A DNA stretch of 52,791 nucleotides, filler included, from Sphacelaria rigidula (lineage: Eukaryota): assembly GCA_964200075.2 (NCBI GenBank). It is 3 parts of 3 records of this genome, joined end to end, with 100 filler letters (N's around TTAATTAATTAA, not from the genome) between each part and the next. Parts side by side here need not be neighbours in the genome. Positions count along the whole stretch, not along the records: positions 35,265 to 52,791 come from CAXNAA020001056.1; 2 more parts are not named here. One strand, 5' to 3'. Under the pieces are notes generated by a model that saw only the letters and a list, made by a program, of their open reading frames with translations, had not been told where the DNA came from and ran no database searches. The position numbers and the translations under genes were made by a program. Below are positions 50,301 to 52,791 of this stretch, one piece after another. Position 1 is the stretch's first letter; each line of letters starts with the position of its first letter.

Positions 50301-52279
50301 TTTACTATTGGAGCATAAATACCTACGGAACTGCCAAGTTTGAGGGCGATCCGAGCTTTTCTACAACAGATGCAGGGGACACCGTCACGAAGCTCCCTGG
50401 GTCTTTCGAGCGTATCATGAGTGGAAATTAGACGACACCAACACCCGACATCACCGAAATATCACGGTTTCGGGTATAATTAGACCCCGTCGTAACCGTT
50501 TTCATATACGTTTTTTTCGTTAGATTCCCGAGACGATCACGGTTACTACGATGTGAGGCATGTGGAGATTGGGTGGAAATCGGGCTTGGAATTCGTAATG
50601 TCGATCGCGGAACAATTTGACGGGCGCTGATTGGTCGATACATTTTTTCGCTCTTAGCGCTACCACCATGGCCATACACTCAAATCCGGCTATGTCACGC
50701 TCTTCAGCTGTCCATGGCGGTCAAAATGATACCATGTATGCGAATATTGAGTAGGTATTGCGAAAGGCATTTGCTGATGACACAATTTTGGGTGATGAGC
50801 GTGAACCAGCCTGCACGAGCACATCTACCAATTTTCGGGTTTGATGATGGATATGTGAGGGTTTGATGGAAATTGAATCACAGTATTCCGCCAAAAGAAA
50901 AAGTAAGTCAAATGTGTACCAATTTTCGCATACAAGATTCGTTGTATAAATTATCAGCTGGGATCATCCACGAAGTAGGTGTAGTTCACACGAGCGAGCT
51001 GCCCCAGAGGGAGAACCTACGACCCAACACGCGGCACATCTGAAAACCTATGTTCAAGGCTGGTTCGTCGGCACAAGTTGCAGGCTAAGAACGTGAGTTA
51101 TGTCTCGCGTTCGGTGGTGAGCATGGTGTTGCTCGGTACGGGTGCCTCGCGGGCCCCATTGTACGACGATCGGTGGCGACTACGCTTCGCGTTCCAGCGC
51201 ATCACCACGCCTAGGGCATAGTATATGGAGTGTGCGATCTGCCTGAATAAGAAGCATCTCAATCATCTTCGCAGAAAACGACAACTGCACGATTGTTTGC
51301 ATCAATATATGGCGCAGCAGCTGATGGCTGTGAAATCTGAGAACTCCGTCATGACCAGTGTAAAGTGTAGTATAATACGCTGATGCAATGTACGGTCCAC
51401 AAACAGTACCCTTACCGTAATACTGCGTAACCGCATCTGATATGCGGCGTAACCAGGGTGTAACAGCATCTCATGTTCATGTGGATACTTTCCCATGGTG
51501 AACTCCCAGGCTTTGCGCACTACAGGCGAATGCATAGATGTACGCGTAAATGCACAAACACAGACATGCTGAGCGGCTGGGCGACCGATGTGGTGGCAAA
51601 CTGACATCGGTCTGTACTGCCACACTTTTTGGGCCATGACCATCTGTAGTGTACCGATCGGCATGCAGTCTGTAGAGCTGTGCAGTTAATGACGCACAGC
51701 CCTGCGCGTGCTGTAACTGCTGTGAGGCGCTGAAACTTCGCTCATATGCTGTGCATGCCACAGTCAAAAGTTTCACATCGCATATCTGGTGTTGTGCGCT
51801 ACAGCAGTGCGCACTAGAGGGAAAAGCGGTCATATTCTGTTTCGAAAAAAATGTGTCTCTCTTTTTTTCGGCACCACTCATCATGGTGAGGGGACACGTG
51901 CGCGGGTATGACCAGAATCATCGCAAAGCGCGAAGTTGAGACGTGACTTGGGGTGGTCGGGAGGCGGTACATCATCACCTGAAGAGAATACCGGTAGATG
52001 AGCTCTCAGCAACAGCGAGAAACAAATTCTACCGGTAACCGCTGTGTTGTGGCGGAAAAGTATAACCTCTGGCTTCCGTTGAGAAGTTGGCTGCAAGGGG
52101 TTCTCCGTTCACGTCTGAGGGGTACGCTGACTAATACTGTACTGTGGTCTGCAGATAGACCGGTTTTGATCGCCCAAAACAGGTATCAGATATCCACTTG
52201 AAAGGGGCCATTTTTCATTTTTCGAAGACTATGTGTACAGGCTTGGCCAGCTGACAGTGATTTTGAGAAGTATTTTGGC

Positions 52280-52534
52280 GATGCTGTGGGTAATTCGAAG
52301 ACTTGGGCACTGAAATTTTGACACAACATTTTTACCATCACTACGCACAACATTTGCCGAGGTGCATTAAAAAAAAAAAAGTTAAAGCGATTTGAATTTT
52401 TGTAAAAACTAGGAAAATGATATAAGACCGTGAAAACGAAATACGGATGCACCTCGGGAAATGTTGTACGTAGTGATAATAAACATGTTGTGCCAAAATT
52501 TCAGTGCCTGACTCTTCGAATTACCCACAGCATC
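52280..52534. mobile_element. Foldback MITE with ~90-bp arms
   Basis: gatgctgtgggtaattcgaaga...ccgaggtgcat pairs with atgcacctcgg...tcttcgaattacccacagcatc. Confidence 0.82.
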
Positions 52535-52547
52535 CACTTTTTCGTTT

Positions 52548-52615
52548 GGCACCCGGTGGTCAAACTGGTAGAACCGCCTCTTGTTACAGAGATCACGAGT
52601 TCGAATCCCAACACG
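52548..52615 (+). mobile_element. tRNA-derived SINE head or tRNA pseudogene
   Basis: A-box-like TGGTCAAACTGG (~52557) and B-box GAGTTCGAATCC (52597-52608) at tRNA-like spacing. No intact acceptor stem. Confidence 0.5.
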
Positions 52616-52791
52616 ATCATCTTGTTTTGGCGCAAAATCTGGCATAGCGCCTTGCATCCGGTGGGTGTATAGCGCGGTTTGAGGTAAGTACTTCTCCCTC
52701 TTACGGTGGTAAATGATCGTCGGCTGGGAGGTTATCTCCCATGATGGAGCTGTTGACAACCTTGATGCCATCTTGCAGCACTACTCGTGCC

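Overview
Eukaryotic, repeat-dense genomic DNA. Long introns, short exons, CCCTAA repeats and the style of the transposable elements (TEs) suggest a stramenopile, most likely a brown alga (inference, not a database result). It is a scaffold with two 100-bp spacers (N44-TTAATTAATTAA-N44 at 17533-17632 and 35165-35264) and a 10-N gap (40273-40282). Host genes: three spliced minus-strand exons of a pepsin-family (A1, plasmepsin V/ASP5-like) aspartic protease (38955-35347), plus a probable 37-bp exon (28637-28601) and a large GC-rich terminal exon (16702-15695), both minus strand. Mobile DNA: an internally deleted Ty1/Copia element (4094-6976, GCAGC TSD) and a chromodomain Ty3/Gypsy element lacking its RT core (7106-11891), both nested in one older ~390-bp repeat whose intact inverted copy is at ~2606-2990; a decayed APE+RT LINE (~31630-34680); many MITEs and foldbacks; a hAT-like relic; two minisatellite arrays; a tRNA-like SINE head. 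I found no convincingly new biological system. The best leads are the orphan decayed minus-strand coding blocks at 43.8-48.2 kb (one with FHA-like repeats), a 43-bp array with a hairpin core, and a near-perfect 174-bp-arm foldback. All alignments were done by eye.
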